From Clostridia bacterium (GTDB lineage: Bacteria > Bacillota > Clostridia > RUG12999), in contig JAAWTG010000004.1 of assembly GCA_022801925.1 (NCBI GenBank), forward strand, positions 19,590-83,589: a DNA stretch of 64,000 nucleotides, read 5' to 3'. This document shows positions 1 to 10,209 of this stretch, piece by piece; position 1 is the first letter of the stretch; the number at the start of each line of letters is the position of its first letter. The notes under the pieces were generated by a model, which searched no databases, had not been told where the DNA came from, and saw nothing but the letters and a program-made list of their open reading frames with translations. The position numbers and the translations under genes were made by a program.

Positions 1-2
1 TA

Positions 3-881
3 GCGCATTTTGAATATGCGCAGGAAGAAGCTTGTATTGCCGGTATCAAACAGCTTCTGAGTTACTTACCGTCCAACAATCTGGAAGACGCACCGGAATA
101 TGCCTGCGATGAAGCGGACCTCAACCGTATCAGTGAAAAACTGATGACGATTGTACCGGATGATGCAGGCAAGGCATATGACATGAAAGAAGTGATTGCA
201 GAAATCGTAGATGCAAACAGTTTCATGGAAATTCAGGAAGCGTTTGCGAAAAATATTATTGTTGGATTTGCGCGCATGAACGGACGCACGGTTGGTATCG
301 TGGCAAACCAGCCTAAGGTGGCGGCAGGTTCTTTGGACGTGGACTCCTCCGACAAAGCGGCGCGGTTTATCCGGTTCTGCGATGCGTTTAATATTCCGCT
401 GGTGACTTTGACAGACGTGCCGGGCTATCTGCCGGGCGTAGACCAGGAGCACCACGGTATTATCCGTCACGGTGCAAAACTGCTGTATGCATACAGCGAA
501 GCAACTGTGCCGAAAATCAATGTGATTGTACGCAAAGCATACGGCGGTGCGTATATTGCAATGAGTTCCAAACATGTCGGCGCAGACATGGTGTTTGCAT
601 GGCCGACCTCTGAAATTGCTGTGATGGGACCGGACGGCGCGGCAAATATTGTATTCAAAAAAGACATTGCAGCGGCGGACGACCCGATGGCAATGCGCCA
701 GGCGAAAATTGAAGAATACAGAAATGAATTTGCCAATCCGTATGAAGCGGCAAAACGCGGTTATGTTGACGATGTGATTGAACCTGATTCCACGCGTCCA
801 CGTATCATCAGCGCATTGGAAATGTTGATGAGTAAACGCGAAACGCGTCCGTCCAAAAAGCATGGAAACATCCCGCTATAA
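3..881 (+). CDS. mmdA: Acyl-CoA carboxyltransferase (methylmalonyl-CoA decarboxylase alpha / propionyl-CoA carboxylase beta family), 5'-truncated by the window edge
   Basis: Frame is open from nt 3 (AHFEYAQEE...LLSYLPSNN). Motifs KAARFIRFCDAFNIPL, GIIRHGAKLLYAY, RKAYGGAY and C-terminal KKHGNIPL. Confidence 0.9.
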   Translation, partial: AHFEYAQEEACIAGIKQLLSYLPSNNLEDAPEYACDEADLNRISEKLMTIVPDDAGKAYDMKEVIAEIVDANSFMEIQEAFAKNIIVGFARMNGRTVGIVANQPKVAAGSLDVDSSDKAARFIRFCDAFNIPLVTLTDVPGYLPGVDQEHHGIIRHGAKLLYAYSEATVPKINVIVRKAYGGAYIAMSSKHVGADMVFAWPTSEIAVMGPDGAANIVFKKDIAAADDPMAMRQAKIEEYRNEFANPYEAAKRGYVDDVIEPDSTRPRIISALEMLMSKRETRPSKKHGNIPL

Positions 882-927
882 TGCGAAAAGAAAAGCATTT
901 AGATGAAAGGCGAATGGAGGGAATGGA

Positions 928-1296
928 ATGAGTTCAGAACAACTGATGGAAATGCTGGTTATTTGCGTACAGGGAATCTTGACTGTTTTTGCAGTTTTGA
1001 TTATTCTCTGGGTAGCAATTATCATCATGCATAAATGTGCTGTGCTGGGGCAGGGAAAAGAAAAGAAACAGGAGAAGCCGGCAGCAGCACCCGCACCGGC
1101 AGCAGTTCCCAAAGCCGCTCCGGTGGCAGCGGAAACAGATGACGATGAACTGATTGCTGTTTTGACAGCGGCAGTGGCAGCGTCATTGAATACATCAACA
1201 TATAATTTGAGAATTAAATCTTTCCGGCGAATCGGACAAAATGCTCCGGCATGGAACGCTGTTTCGCGGAAAGAACAACTTGAAAATCAATTATAA
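928..1296 (+). CDS. OadG-family (gamma/delta) subunit of Na+-translocating decarboxylase
   Basis: N-terminal TM helix, Ala/Pro linker, ELIAVLTAAVAA motif; position in the operon. Confidence 0.85.
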   Translation: MSSEQLMEMLVICVQGILTVFAVLIILWVAIIIMHKCAVLGQGKEKKQEKPAAAPAPAAVPKAAPVAAETDDDELIAVLTAAVAASLNTSTYNLRIKSFRRIGQNAPAWNAVSRKEQLENQL

Positions 1297-1316
1297 GATA
1301 GAGGAGGAAAAGAGAC

Positions 1317-1712
1317 ATGAGAAAATTTAAAATTAACGTAAACAATAAATCCTATGAGGTTGAAGTAGAAGAAATCGGCGGCACACCCGTAGCAACTCCT
1401 GCACCTGTGGCAGCACCGGCAGCTCCGGCTGCGGCGGCTGCGGCTCCCGCACCTGCGTCGGCTCCGGCTGCAAAACCGGCAGCAGCGGCACCGGCGGGCG
1501 CAACAAAAGTGAATGCGCCAATGCCCGGTACCATTGTAAGTGTGAATGTGTCCAATGGTCAGAGCGTGAAAAAAGGCGATGTTCTCTGCATCCTGGAAGC
1601 AATGAAAATGGAAAACGAAATCGTAGCGCCAAGTGACGGTACGGTTGCGGCAGTTCTGGTGGACAAAGGCGCGTCTGTCAACAGCGGCGATGCACTGATT
1701 GCGCTGGGCTGA
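1317..1712 (+). CDS. mmdC: Biotin carboxyl carrier protein
   Basis: EAMKM biotinylation motif; Ala/Pro linker; RBS GAGGAGG. Confidence 0.92.
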   Translation: MRKFKINVNNKSYEVEVEEIGGTPVATPAPVAAPAAPAAAAAAPAPASAPAAKPAAAAPAGATKVNAPMPGTIVSVNVSNGQSVKKGDVLCILEAMKMENEIVAPSDGTVAAVLVDKGASVNSGDALIALG

Positions 1713-1759
1713 TAGTGGACTGCGAATCCGAAAAATAAACACAGAAAGGGTGTAGAGGT

Positions 1760-2968
1760 TTGAACGATTTTTTGATGGGGATTCAAAACTTTGCTGCCAA
1801 ATCAGGAATCGCACAAATCCTGGCGGGAGACTGGAAAGTGCTGATTATGATTGCAATTGCCTGTGTGCTGCTCTATTTGGCAATTGTGAAAAAGTTTGAA
1901 CCATTACTGTTGCTGCCCATTGCGTTTGGTATGCTGATTGCCAATCTGCCGCTGGGCGGTGTGATGCATAAAGAATATTTTACGGCGGAAGGCATTAATT
2001 TTGCCAAAATGATAAAAGAAGGCGGGCTGATTGACTGGCTCTATTTAGGCGTTAAGCTTGGCATTTATCCGCCGCTGATTTTTCTTGGTGTGGGCGCAAT
2101 GACGGATTTCGGTCCGTTGATTGCAAACCCCAAAAGTATTTTGCTGGGCGCGGCAGCGCAGCTTGGTATTTTTATTGCTTTTATCGGCGCAATGCTGCTG
2201 GGCGGATTCTTTCCGGAACAGTTCGCGCAGTTTGATATCAACGGCGCGGCGGCAATCGGTATCATTGGCGGTGCCGACGGGCCGACAGCAATTTACGTAA
2301 CCAAAACGCTGAAACCGGAACTGCTGAGTATGATTGCGATTGCAGCATATTCCTATATGGCGTTGATTCCGATTATCCAGCCGCCGATTATGAAGTTGTT
2401 GACAACGAAAAAAGAGCGCGTTATTGTGATGGAACAGCTCCGTCCGGTATCCAAAACGGAAAAAATCATTTTCCCGATTGTGGTAACGCTGGTTGTGGCG
2501 TTGATTATTCCGGACGCGGTTCCGTTGGTCGGTATGCTGATGTTAGGTAATTTGATGAAGGAAAGCGGCGTTGTATCGCGTATTTCCAACACAGCGCAAA
2601 ATGAACTGATGAACATTATCACCATTTTCTTAGGGATTTCCGTTGGCGCAACGGCAGACGCAGAAACGTTCCTGACGCCCGCAACGCTTGGTATTGTGGT
2701 GCTGGGACTATGTGCGTTCTGCTTGAGTACGGCGGGCGGCGTTCTGTTTGGAAAAATCATGTGCAAACTCAGCGGCGGCAAAATCAATCCGCTGATTGGT
2801 TCCGCCGGCGTATCTGCCGTACCGATGGCGGCGCGTGTGTCTCAAGTGGTGGGACAAAAAGAAAATCCGGCAAACTTTTTGCTCATGCACGCAATGGGGC
2901 CGAATGTGGCGGGCGTTATCGGTTCCGCTGTGGCGGCGGGCGTGTTCTTGTCAATGCTGGCAAACTAA
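1760..2968 (+). CDS. oadB: Na+-translocating decarboxylase beta subunit
   Basis: [46 protein letters not shown]; TTG start. Confidence 0.95.
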   Translation: MNDFLMGIQNFAAKSGIAQILAGDWKVLIMIAIACVLLYLAIVKKFEPLLLLPIAFGMLIANLPLGGVMHKEYFTAEGINFAKMIKEGGLIDWLYLGVKLGIYPPLIFLGVGAMTDFGPLIANPKSILLGAAAQLGIFIAFIGAMLLGGFFPEQFAQFDINGAAAIGIIGGADGPTAIYVTKTLKPELLSMIAIAAYSYMALIPIIQPPIMKLLTTKKERVIVMEQLRPVSKTEKIIFPIVVTLVVALIIPDAVPLVGMLMLGNLMKESGVVSRISNTAQNELMNIITIFLGISVGATADAETFLTPATLGIVVLGLCAFCLSTAGGVLFGKIMCKLSGGKINPLIGSAGVSAVPMAARVSQVVGQKENPANFLLMHAMGPNVAGVIGSAVAAGVFLSMLAN

Positions 2969-2998
2969 TAAACTGACGATGAATGGAGGGAAATCATC

Positions 2999-4426
2999 AT
3001 GGCGAATGAAGCTAAGAAAAAAGTCGGTATCACCGAAACCGTCCTGCGTGACGCGCATCAATCACTGATTGCAACACGTATGACAACGGAAGAAATGCTG
3101 CCGATTATTGATAAAATGGATGAAATCGGATATCACTCTCTGGAAGCGTGGGGCGGCGCAACGTTTGATTCCTGCCTGCGTTTCTTAAACGAGGACCCGT
3201 GGGAAAGACTGCGGAAAATCAAAGATAAAGCGAAGAAAACACCGCTGCAAATGCTGTTCCGTGGACAGAATATTCTGGGATACAAGCATTACGCAGATGA
3301 TGTTGTGGAATATTTTGTGCAGAAATCTTTGGCAAACGGAATGGATATCATTCGTATTTTTGATGCGCTTAATGATATCAGAAACTTGAGAACAGCCATT
3401 GAGGCAACGAAAAAATATGCAAAACAAGAGGGGCGCGGACATGTACAGGCAACCCTGTGTTACACGACCAGCCCAGTGCATAATGTGGAATCTTTCACAA
3501 AATTGGCAAAAGAACTGGAAAGCATGGGCGCAGATTCTATCTGTATCAAAGATATGGCTGCATTACTCACACCATATACGGCGTATGATTTAGTGAAAGC
3601 AATTAAGAGTGAAGTGAAAGTGCCGGTACAACTGCATACGCATTTCACCAGCGGCGTAGGCGATATGACCTATTTGAAAGCGATTGAAGCGGGTGTTGAC
3701 GTGATTGATACGGCAATTTCACCCATGGCAATGGGAACCTCCCAGCCGGCAACAGAGCCGATTGTGGCAACGCTGCAGGGAACAGAATATGATACCGGTC
3801 TGGATTTGGTGAAACTGAATGAAATTGCAAACTATTTTAAACCGCTGAGACAGAAATATCTGGATTCCGGACTGATGAAACAGAAAATGTTGGAAGTGGA
3901 TATCAACGCATTGATGTATCAGGTGCCGGGCGGAATGCTGTCCAACCTGTATTCTCAGTTGGAACAGCAGGGTAAAACTGATAAATTTGAAGAAGTGTTG
4001 CAGGAAGTGCCGCGCGTGAGAGAAGATTTCGGTTATCCGCCGCTGGTAACACCATCTAGCCAGATTGTTGGTACGCAGGCGGTTCTGAACGTATTGGCGG
4101 GCGAACGCTATAAAATGATTAGTAAAGAATCCAAAGGCGTTGTCCGTGGGGAATACGGAAAAACACCGGTGCCGATTAGCGATGAAATCCGCAAAAAAAT
4201 CATTGGGGACGAGGAACCTATCACTTGCCGTCCGGCAGATTTAATCAAACCGGAACTGCAACAGATGGAAAGCGAAATGAAAGAATGGAAAGAACAGGAT
4301 GAAGACGTTTTGTCCTATGCACTGTTTGGTCAGGTCGCTGAGAAATATTTTGAATTCAGACGGGCACAGAAATATAAAATTGACGGCGATATGGTCGACA
4401 TGGAAAACATGACGCACCCCATCTAA
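2999..4426 (+). CDS. oadA: Oxaloacetate decarboxylase alpha / pyruvate carboxyltransferase subunit (no fused biotin domain)
   Basis: LRDAHQSL, WGGATFD, IKDMA, HTH metal ligands, VPGGMLSN, PPLVTPSSQIVG. Confidence 0.9.
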   Translation: MANEAKKKVGITETVLRDAHQSLIATRMTTEEMLPIIDKMDEIGYHSLEAWGGATFDSCLRFLNEDPWERLRKIKDKAKKTPLQMLFRGQNILGYKHYADDVVEYFVQKSLANGMDIIRIFDALNDIRNLRTAIEATKKYAKQEGRGHVQATLCYTTSPVHNVESFTKLAKELESMGADSICIKDMAALLTPYTAYDLVKAIKSEVKVPVQLHTHFTSGVGDMTYLKAIEAGVDVIDTAISPMAMGTSQPATEPIVATLQGTEYDTGLDLVKLNEIANYFKPLRQKYLDSGLMKQKMLEVDINALMYQVPGGMLSNLYSQLEQQGKTDKFEEVLQEVPRVREDFGYPPLVTPSSQIVGTQAVLNVLAGERYKMISKESKGVVRGEYGKTPVPISDEIRKKIIGDEEPITCRPADLIKPELQQMESEMKEWKEQDEDVLSYALFGQVAEKYFEFRRAQKYKIDGDMVDMENMTHPI

Positions 4427-4439
4427 TAAGAAATAGAAT

Positions 4440-4469
4440 AAAAGGCAGGAATTCATTCCTGCCTTTTTT
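4440..4469 (+). terminator. Intrinsic terminator of the decarboxylase operon
   Basis: aaaggcaggaat-tc-attcctgccttt followed by a T run. Confidence 0.85.
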
Positions 4470-4619
4470 GTATATTGGCAGAAAAAAATATGGAACAAAG
4501 GAATATGTTGGAACAGTAGATTTCTTGACAATTTGTTTTTCTTGTGTTATCATATTTGAATAGCAGGGGTGTATATTGGAAATTTTCGCCAGCGAGCAAC
4601 AAGATTGGGGGCTACTGAC

Positions 4620-6458
4620 ATGCAGCGGTTTATCAGCAATATTTGGACAAACATAAAATATAAAAAGCAATTTAGAAATTGGGTAGCCAGTTATGTGTTG
4701 GTCGTTTTGGCAATTGTGCTCGTGACAATCATCGGACAGGGGATTACGGCTTCCATCTTGCGGCGCGAGGTGGTAAAAGCGAATAGCAGTCTGGTGGCAC
4801 AGGTGCAATTATTGTGTGATGGTTATTTGAAAGATATGGAGATTGCCACAAGGAGACTGATTAATACTTCGGCAGTAAAAACAATATATAACCGGTATTT
4901 TGATTCCAAGCCGGACAAAGGAGCCTACTATACAACGGTAATGACGGAAGCAAAAATGGTGATGGAATCTAATAAAATGTTGTCGGAAGTCTATGTCATT
5001 TTTCGTGATAGAGATATTTGTATTTCAAATGATTCTGTGTTTGACAAACGAATTTTGCAGGAAGCCTATTTCGGAAATTATTTCAATTCTGTGGAGGAAT
5101 GTGTGAACACGATTTTTGATACAAATGTCCGGCAATTTAAATTGCTACAAGATGGGCAGGGTGGAACAAAGTTTCTATTTATTTATACCTTTATATCTGC
5201 GGCGTCTTATGTGGAGAATGACAAGCCTGTTGCGGTGATGTTTGAAATTGATCCCAGTAAATTGTTGGGCGTTTTGCAGGAGGGGACAGACGGACAATTT
5301 ATATTATTAGACCAGGCGGATAATGTTATCTATGCAGATAAAGGGCAGACAGGATATTATGAATTGATTATGGGCGCCCAGCCACAGACGGAATTTCGGT
5401 TTGAAAAAGTGGATTATATCGCAAACTATCTGCCATCTACCCAATTTGGTGGAAAATATGTTCATGTGATTCCCAAAACAATTTATGCGAAAAGCATCAC
5501 CCGCAGCTATCGAATCATTGTCATCATTTGTTTTCTATGTCTGTTGTTTGGAGTTTTGCTGTCGCTTTTCTTTGCAAGCTATCACTATGTGCCGATGAAA
5601 AAGTTGCTTGACAAAATTAAACTGGATCAGGTAGAAGCCAAAAAGCGAGAGAAACAAATCAGTGAAATGTATCTGGCAAATTATCTGTTGGGACAACATG
5701 ACTATGATAAACAGCAATTTGAAAACCATTCAATTCGGTTGGAACAGGATTATTTTGCATTGGCAGTGTTTAATATTACAGAGTTTGGTTTGGATGATGA
5801 TGTGCAGCACGAAACGACACTGTTTAGCATTGAAAATATATTCAGTGAGTTAATGCACGACAGCGCTGCAACCTATTATTGTGTGGCAGGTGGTTTTTTT
5901 GTCTGTCTTATTAATTTTAATGACAAGGCTCTGGAAGAAATAGACATTCATGAAAAAGCAATATTTACCAACGAGTTTCTCAATCGGCATATGGGAATCA
6001 ACTTTGTCAGTGCGATTAGCACGATTACAGAAGATGCCGCTATGCTGCCGAAACTCTATCAGCAATGCGTTGAGATTCTTGCTCATAAATTTATTTTTAA
6101 TGAAATAACGGCGGTAAACAGTGAAGAAGTGGATGAGCGGTGTGTCAAAATTAAGAATTATATTGAACAAAATTATAGCGATGGGAATTTAAGCGTGAAA
6201 GCGATTGCAGATGAATTTCAAATGTCTTTTAACTATATCTCTAAATATTTTAAGGAGCATACCGGAGAGGGCATGGCGAAATATATTATTGATATTAGAA
6301 TTGAAAAAGCAAAAGAATTGTTACTGGATACTCATGAAACAGTTGCAAAAATCGCCGGAAAAACAGGATTTTATAGTTCTAATGTATTTATCCGCACATT
6401 CAAGAAAGTGGTTGGCGTCACACCGGGACAATATCGGGAGCAAAATAAGTCTTTTTAA
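4620..6458 (+). CDS. Membrane-anchored AraC-family regulator (TM, extracellular sensor, TM, C-terminal AraC HTH)
   Basis: Two hydrophobic helices flank a ~270 aa loop. C-terminal YISKYFKEHTG...RIEKAKELL...GFYSSNVFIRTFKKVVGVTPGQYR. ATG 4620 preferred over GTG 4569. Confidence 0.88.
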   Translation: MQRFISNIWTNIKYKKQFRNWVASYVLVVLAIVLVTIIGQGITASILRREVVKANSSLVAQVQLLCDGYLKDMEIATRRLINTSAVKTIYNRYFDSKPDKGAYYTTVMTEAKMVMESNKMLSEVYVIFRDRDICISNDSVFDKRILQEAYFGNYFNSVEECVNTIFDTNVRQFKLLQDGQGGTKFLFIYTFISAASYVENDKPVAVMFEIDPSKLLGVLQEGTDGQFILLDQADNVIYADKGQTGYYELIMGAQPQTEFRFEKVDYIANYLPSTQFGGKYVHVIPKTIYAKSITRSYRIIVIICFLCLLFGVLLSLFFASYHYVPMKKLLDKIKLDQVEAKKREKQISEMYLANYLLGQHDYDKQQFENHSIRLEQDYFALAVFNITEFGLDDDVQHETTLFSIENIFSELMHDSAATYYCVAGGFFVCLINFNDKALEEIDIHEKAIFTNEFLNRHMGINFVSAISTITEDAAMLPKLYQQCVEILAHKFIFNEITAVNSEEVDERCVKIKNYIEQNYSDGNLSVKAIADEFQMSFNYISKYFKEHTGEGMAKYIIDIRIEKAKELLLDTHETVAKIAGKTGFYSSNVFIRTFKKVVGVTPGQYREQNKSF

Positions 6459-6525
6459 TGGACATGCTCTATAGAAAGTAGTAGACATAAATAATAGAAT
6501 ACCATTTTTAATTTCATAGAACAAC

Positions 6526-6556
6526 AAGGCGCAGGACAAAGTTCCTGCGTTTTTTT
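6526..6556 (+). terminator. Intrinsic terminator after the AraC gene
   Basis: gcgcagga...tcctgcgt followed by a T run. Confidence 0.7.
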
Positions 6557-6579
6557 ATGTGTAGAAACTATGCACTATT

Positions 6580-6662
6580 TTCGCTATTCATGCGGGATAG
6601 CGAAAATGGTATATCAATAGCGAACATAGGCGATTGCCAAAAACGAACCCTCTTGTTATACT
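6580..6662 (+). promoter_or_regulatory. Sigma-A promoter with upstream repeated operator (ATAGCGAA)
   Basis: TTGCCA(6634)-17 nt-TATACT(6657) with TG extension. ATAGCGAA at 6597 and 6617, inverted copy TTCGCTAT at 6580. Confidence 0.65.
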
Positions 6663-6704
6663 GAGATTGTATCAAACGAATCTAAATATGAAGGAGGGAG
6701 AACG

Positions 6705-7658
6705 ATGGAACGAGTACTTATGGCGACCAAACTGGAAACACCGGGACTGGGTGCGAGAATTAAACGGGAACTGGTAAAAAATAAGTATATTTATCTTTTA
6801 GCACTTCCGGTAATTGCTTACTATATTATTTTCTGTTATTGGCCGATGTTTGGACTTGTCATCGCATTCAAACAGTATGAACTAGGGAAAGGCATTTTTG
6901 ACAGTAAATGGGTGGGCTTAAAATATTTTATGGAATTTTTTAAAAGCCGTAATTGTTTGAGGTTGATTGGTAATACGCTGGGCATCAGTTTATATGACCT
7001 AATTGCAGGATTCCCGGCACCTATTATTTTTGCACTATTGCTCAATGAAATCAGAAGTTCTAAATTTAAACGGACTGTGCAAACCATTACCTATTTACCA
7101 CATTTTATTTCTTTGGTTGTTTTGTGTGGGATGATAACAGATTTTTTTGCGGCAGAGGGAATTATTACAAAGATACTGATGAAATTCGGCGGTTCGCAAA
7201 TTAATTATTTAGGCGCGCCGAAATATTTCAAAACAATTTATGTCACAACAAATATTTGGCAGGGCGTAGGCTGGGGCAGTATTATCTATTTAGCAGCGCT
7301 GTCGGGAATTAGTCCAGAACTTTATGAAGCAGCGACTGTAGACGGCGCCGGGCGTTTCCGGCAACTCCTTGCTGTTACACTTCCTGGAATTGCGCCTACG
7401 ATTGTAATTATGCTAATCCTGCGGATGGGGCAGCTCATGAGCGTGGGATTTGAAAAAATCATTTTGCTCTATAATCCAGGCACCTATGAAACGGCGGATG
7501 TGATTTCCAGCTTTGTTTACCGGCGTGGTATTGGCGAATCTGCACAGTATAGCTTTTCATCGGCGGTCGGTATGTTTCAGTCCGTTATCAATCTGATACT
7601 GCTACTGGGTGCAAACTTTTTAAGTAAACGTTTTAGTGGAAACAGCTTATTTAAATAA
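6705..7658 (+). CDS. Carbohydrate ABC transporter permease 1 (LplB/YteP-like)
   Basis: QTITYLPHFIS and EAA loop ELYEAATVDGAGR. Confidence 0.92.
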   Translation: MERVLMATKLETPGLGARIKRELVKNKYIYLLALPVIAYYIIFCYWPMFGLVIAFKQYELGKGIFDSKWVGLKYFMEFFKSRNCLRLIGNTLGISLYDLIAGFPAPIIFALLLNEIRSSKFKRTVQTITYLPHFISLVVLCGMITDFFAAEGIITKILMKFGGSQINYLGAPKYFKTIYVTTNIWQGVGWGSIIYLAALSGISPELYEAATVDGAGRFRQLLAVTLPGIAPTIVIMLILRMGQLMSVGFEKIILLYNPGTYETADVISSFVYRRGIGESAQYSFSSAVGMFQSVINLILLLGANFLSKRFSGNSLFK

Positions 7659-7677
7659 GAGGAAAGGAGTGAAAGTG

Positions 7678-8562
7678 ATGAAAATACGGAAAAGCAAGGG
7701 AGAAGTCATTTTTGATATTTTGATTGTATTGTTTATGTTATTGATGATTGTAATCACGCTATATCCTTTTTGGTATGTCATTACCTGTTCACTTTCTGAC
7801 AGTAACCATTTGATTGGGGACAAGGGATTGATGCTGCTGCCACAAGGATTTAGTTTTTCGGCATATCAATCGGTGTTGAAAAATCCTAACATTGCAGTGG
7901 GATACCGCAATACGTTGTTTATTGTGGTAGTTGGAACGACAGTGAATGTATTTATGTCATCGTTGGCGGCTTTTGTGCTGACAAGAAGACAATTTGCCAT
8001 AAAAAAAGTGATGATGACGATGATTATTATCACGATGTATTTTGGCGGCGGATTGGTGCCGACCTATTTGGTGGTTTACAAATATTTAGGACTTGGTAAC
8101 ACATTATGGGCATTGATTTTACCAGGTGCAATCAATACATATAACATGATTATTATGAAAACCAATTTTGCCAGTATTCCAAGCAGCATTGAAGAATCTG
8201 CTCAAATAGACGGTGCAAATGAAATTGTGCTGTTGTTTCGTATCGTATTGCCGCTGTCCATACCGATTATTGCAGTCATGGTATTGTTCTACGGCGTGGC
8301 ACACTGGAATTCCTGGTTTAATGCAATGATTTATATTCGCAAACCGACGCTCTATCCGCTTCAGCTTCGGCTGCGGGAAATTCTCTTAATTAATGATACG
8401 TCCACAATGACAGCCGGCTCGGATGCCAGCGATAAATATAACATTGGGGAAAGCATCAAGTATGCAACCATTATGGTGGCAACCGTTCCCATTCTTGTGG
8501 TTTATCCATTTATTCAGAAATATTTTGTGAAAGGCATGATGATTGGGGCGGTAAAAGGTTAA
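7678..8562 (+). CDS. Carbohydrate ABC transporter permease 2 (LplC/YtcP-like)
   Basis: EESAQIDGA, HWNSWF, YPFIQKYFVKG; RBS AAGGAG before ATG 7678. Confidence 0.92.
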   Translation: MKIRKSKGEVIFDILIVLFMLLMIVITLYPFWYVITCSLSDSNHLIGDKGLMLLPQGFSFSAYQSVLKNPNIAVGYRNTLFIVVVGTTVNVFMSSLAAFVLTRRQFAIKKVMMTMIIITMYFGGGLVPTYLVVYKYLGLGNTLWALILPGAINTYNMIIMKTNFASIPSSIEESAQIDGANEIVLLFRIVLPLSIPIIAVMVLFYGVAHWNSWFNAMIYIRKPTLYPLQLRLREILLINDTSTMTAGSDASDKYNIGESIKYATIMVATVPILVVYPFIQKYFVKGMMIGAVKG

Positions 8563-8591
8563 TAACAAAGGTGAAAAAGGGAGGTAGTATT

Positions 8592-10151
8592 ATGAAAAAA
8601 GGGTTTATGATGATTCTGGCGATGGCGCTGCTATGTACCGCATTAGGAGGATGCGGAGAAAAACAGGTATCAGAAGGCGGACAAAAAGAGTTTACGTATT
8701 GGGCGGATTTACCCACGAGCGGTGCGTCCCAAATACAGTCCATGAACGACATGACAATGTATCAGGAATTGGAAAAACGGACGGGTGTGAAAATATCTTT
8801 TATTCATCCGCCGGTAGGACAGGGAAAAGAGCAGTTTAATCTGCTGGTTGCATCCGGCGCTTCGGAGCTGCCTGACATGGTGGAATTTGCTTGGCCGGAC
8901 TATCCGGGCGGACCGGATAAGGCGGTAAGTGACGGCATTATTTTGGATTTGACGGATCCCATTGATAAACATGCGCCAAATTTGAAAAAACTGCTGGCAG
9001 AAAATGAAATCTATCAAAAGCAGTCCGTAACAGACTCCGGTATACTTTATGGATTCCCATCTTTGAATGTCGGCAAGTACCGCACCTTTGGCGGACTTAT
9101 TATCCGTAAGGACTGGCTGGACGATTTGGGACTGGGAATGCCGGAAACGTTAGATGAGTGGGAAAATGTGCTGCGTCAGTTTAAAGAAAAGAAAGGCGCC
9201 AAAGCGCCGCTGACTTTTATGAGCAACAACATGAATACATCATTTCATTTTAACAACATCTATGACGTCGGAGTTTCCATGTATGTAGATAACAAGACCA
9301 TTAAATTTCCGCAAATGGAACCGGGCTACCGCGACTATTTGGAACGGATGCATAAATGGTATGAAGAAGGACTTTTGGATGCGGAATATGACACCAACAA
9401 CCAAACCGTGGTAGACGCGAAAATGACAAACGGTACGTCGGGTGTTACCTATGGATTCATCGGCGGAACCATTGGACGGTATGTCAATGCGATGAAAGAA
9501 AAAGACCCCAAATATAAATTGGCAGCAGCACAGTTTCCGGTAAAAAATAAAGGCGACGAGCCGCGTTTTCTGGAATGCCAGAAAGAAGCAAATACACCGT
9601 TTGTTGCAGTGACTACAAATTGTAAAGACCCGGAAGCAGCGGTCAAATGGCTGGACTATCTCTATTCTGAAGAAGGTATGATTCTGAAGAATTTTGGTGT
9701 AGAAGGTGTGACTTACAACGAAGTAGACGGACACTATGTATATACCGATGAAATTCTGCACAATCCGAACGGGCTGAGCATTGCGGAAGCGATGGGAATT
9801 AACTTCAGAGCAAACCAGCCGTCGCCGGGATTCAATCAGCATGAAGATTATTTGAAACAATACTATGAATTGCCGGAACAACTGGAAGCGCTGGACGTTT
9901 GGACAAAATATACGGATAATGCCAAAGAAACCGTATTGCCGCCCATTACGCCGACAATGGAAGAAAACGAAGAACTGATTGCATTAAAGAGTGAAATTGA
10001 TACCTATACACAGGAAATGACATTGAAATTCATCAAAGGGATTGAACCGTTGTCAGGCTATGACAAATTTATAGAAGAATTGAAACGTATGGGCGTGGAA
10101 CGATACATTGAAATTCATCAGGCAGCATTAGACCGTTACTATCAGCGGTAA
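8592..10151 (+). CDS. Carbohydrate ABC transporter substrate-binding lipoprotein
   Basis: Lipobox LGGC; IRKDWLDDLGL-PETLDEW; RBS GGAGG before ATG 8592. Confidence 0.92.
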   Translation: MKKGFMMILAMALLCTALGGCGEKQVSEGGQKEFTYWADLPTSGASQIQSMNDMTMYQELEKRTGVKISFIHPPVGQGKEQFNLLVASGASELPDMVEFAWPDYPGGPDKAVSDGIILDLTDPIDKHAPNLKKLLAENEIYQKQSVTDSGILYGFPSLNVGKYRTFGGLIIRKDWLDDLGLGMPETLDEWENVLRQFKEKKGAKAPLTFMSNNMNTSFHFNNIYDVGVSMYVDNKTIKFPQMEPGYRDYLERMHKWYEEGLLDAEYDTNNQTVVDAKMTNGTSGVTYGFIGGTIGRYVNAMKEKDPKYKLAAAQFPVKNKGDEPRFLECQKEANTPFVAVTTNCKDPEAAVKWLDYLYSEEGMILKNFGVEGVTYNEVDGHYVYTDEILHNPNGLSIAEAMGINFRANQPSPGFNQHEDYLKQYYELPEQLEALDVWTKYTDNAKETVLPPITPTMEENEELIALKSEIDTYTQEMTLKFIKGIEPLSGYDKFIEELKRMGVERYIEIHQAALDRYYQR

Positions 10152-10209
10152 GAAAATAAGAGTGAACATGAAGACGACCGGATAGGACAAACAAAAGGGG
10201 GGGAAAGAT

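Noticed and set aside
66-863. 265-aa minus-strand ORF, and similar antisense ORFs at 9240, 18811, 37244 and 53558
   Set aside because: Each lies opposite a confidently identified gene; a codon-bias artefact.
1075-1500. GC-rich gcagcaccggc-type repeats
   Set aside because: They encode the normal Ala/Pro linkers of OadG and the biotin carrier.
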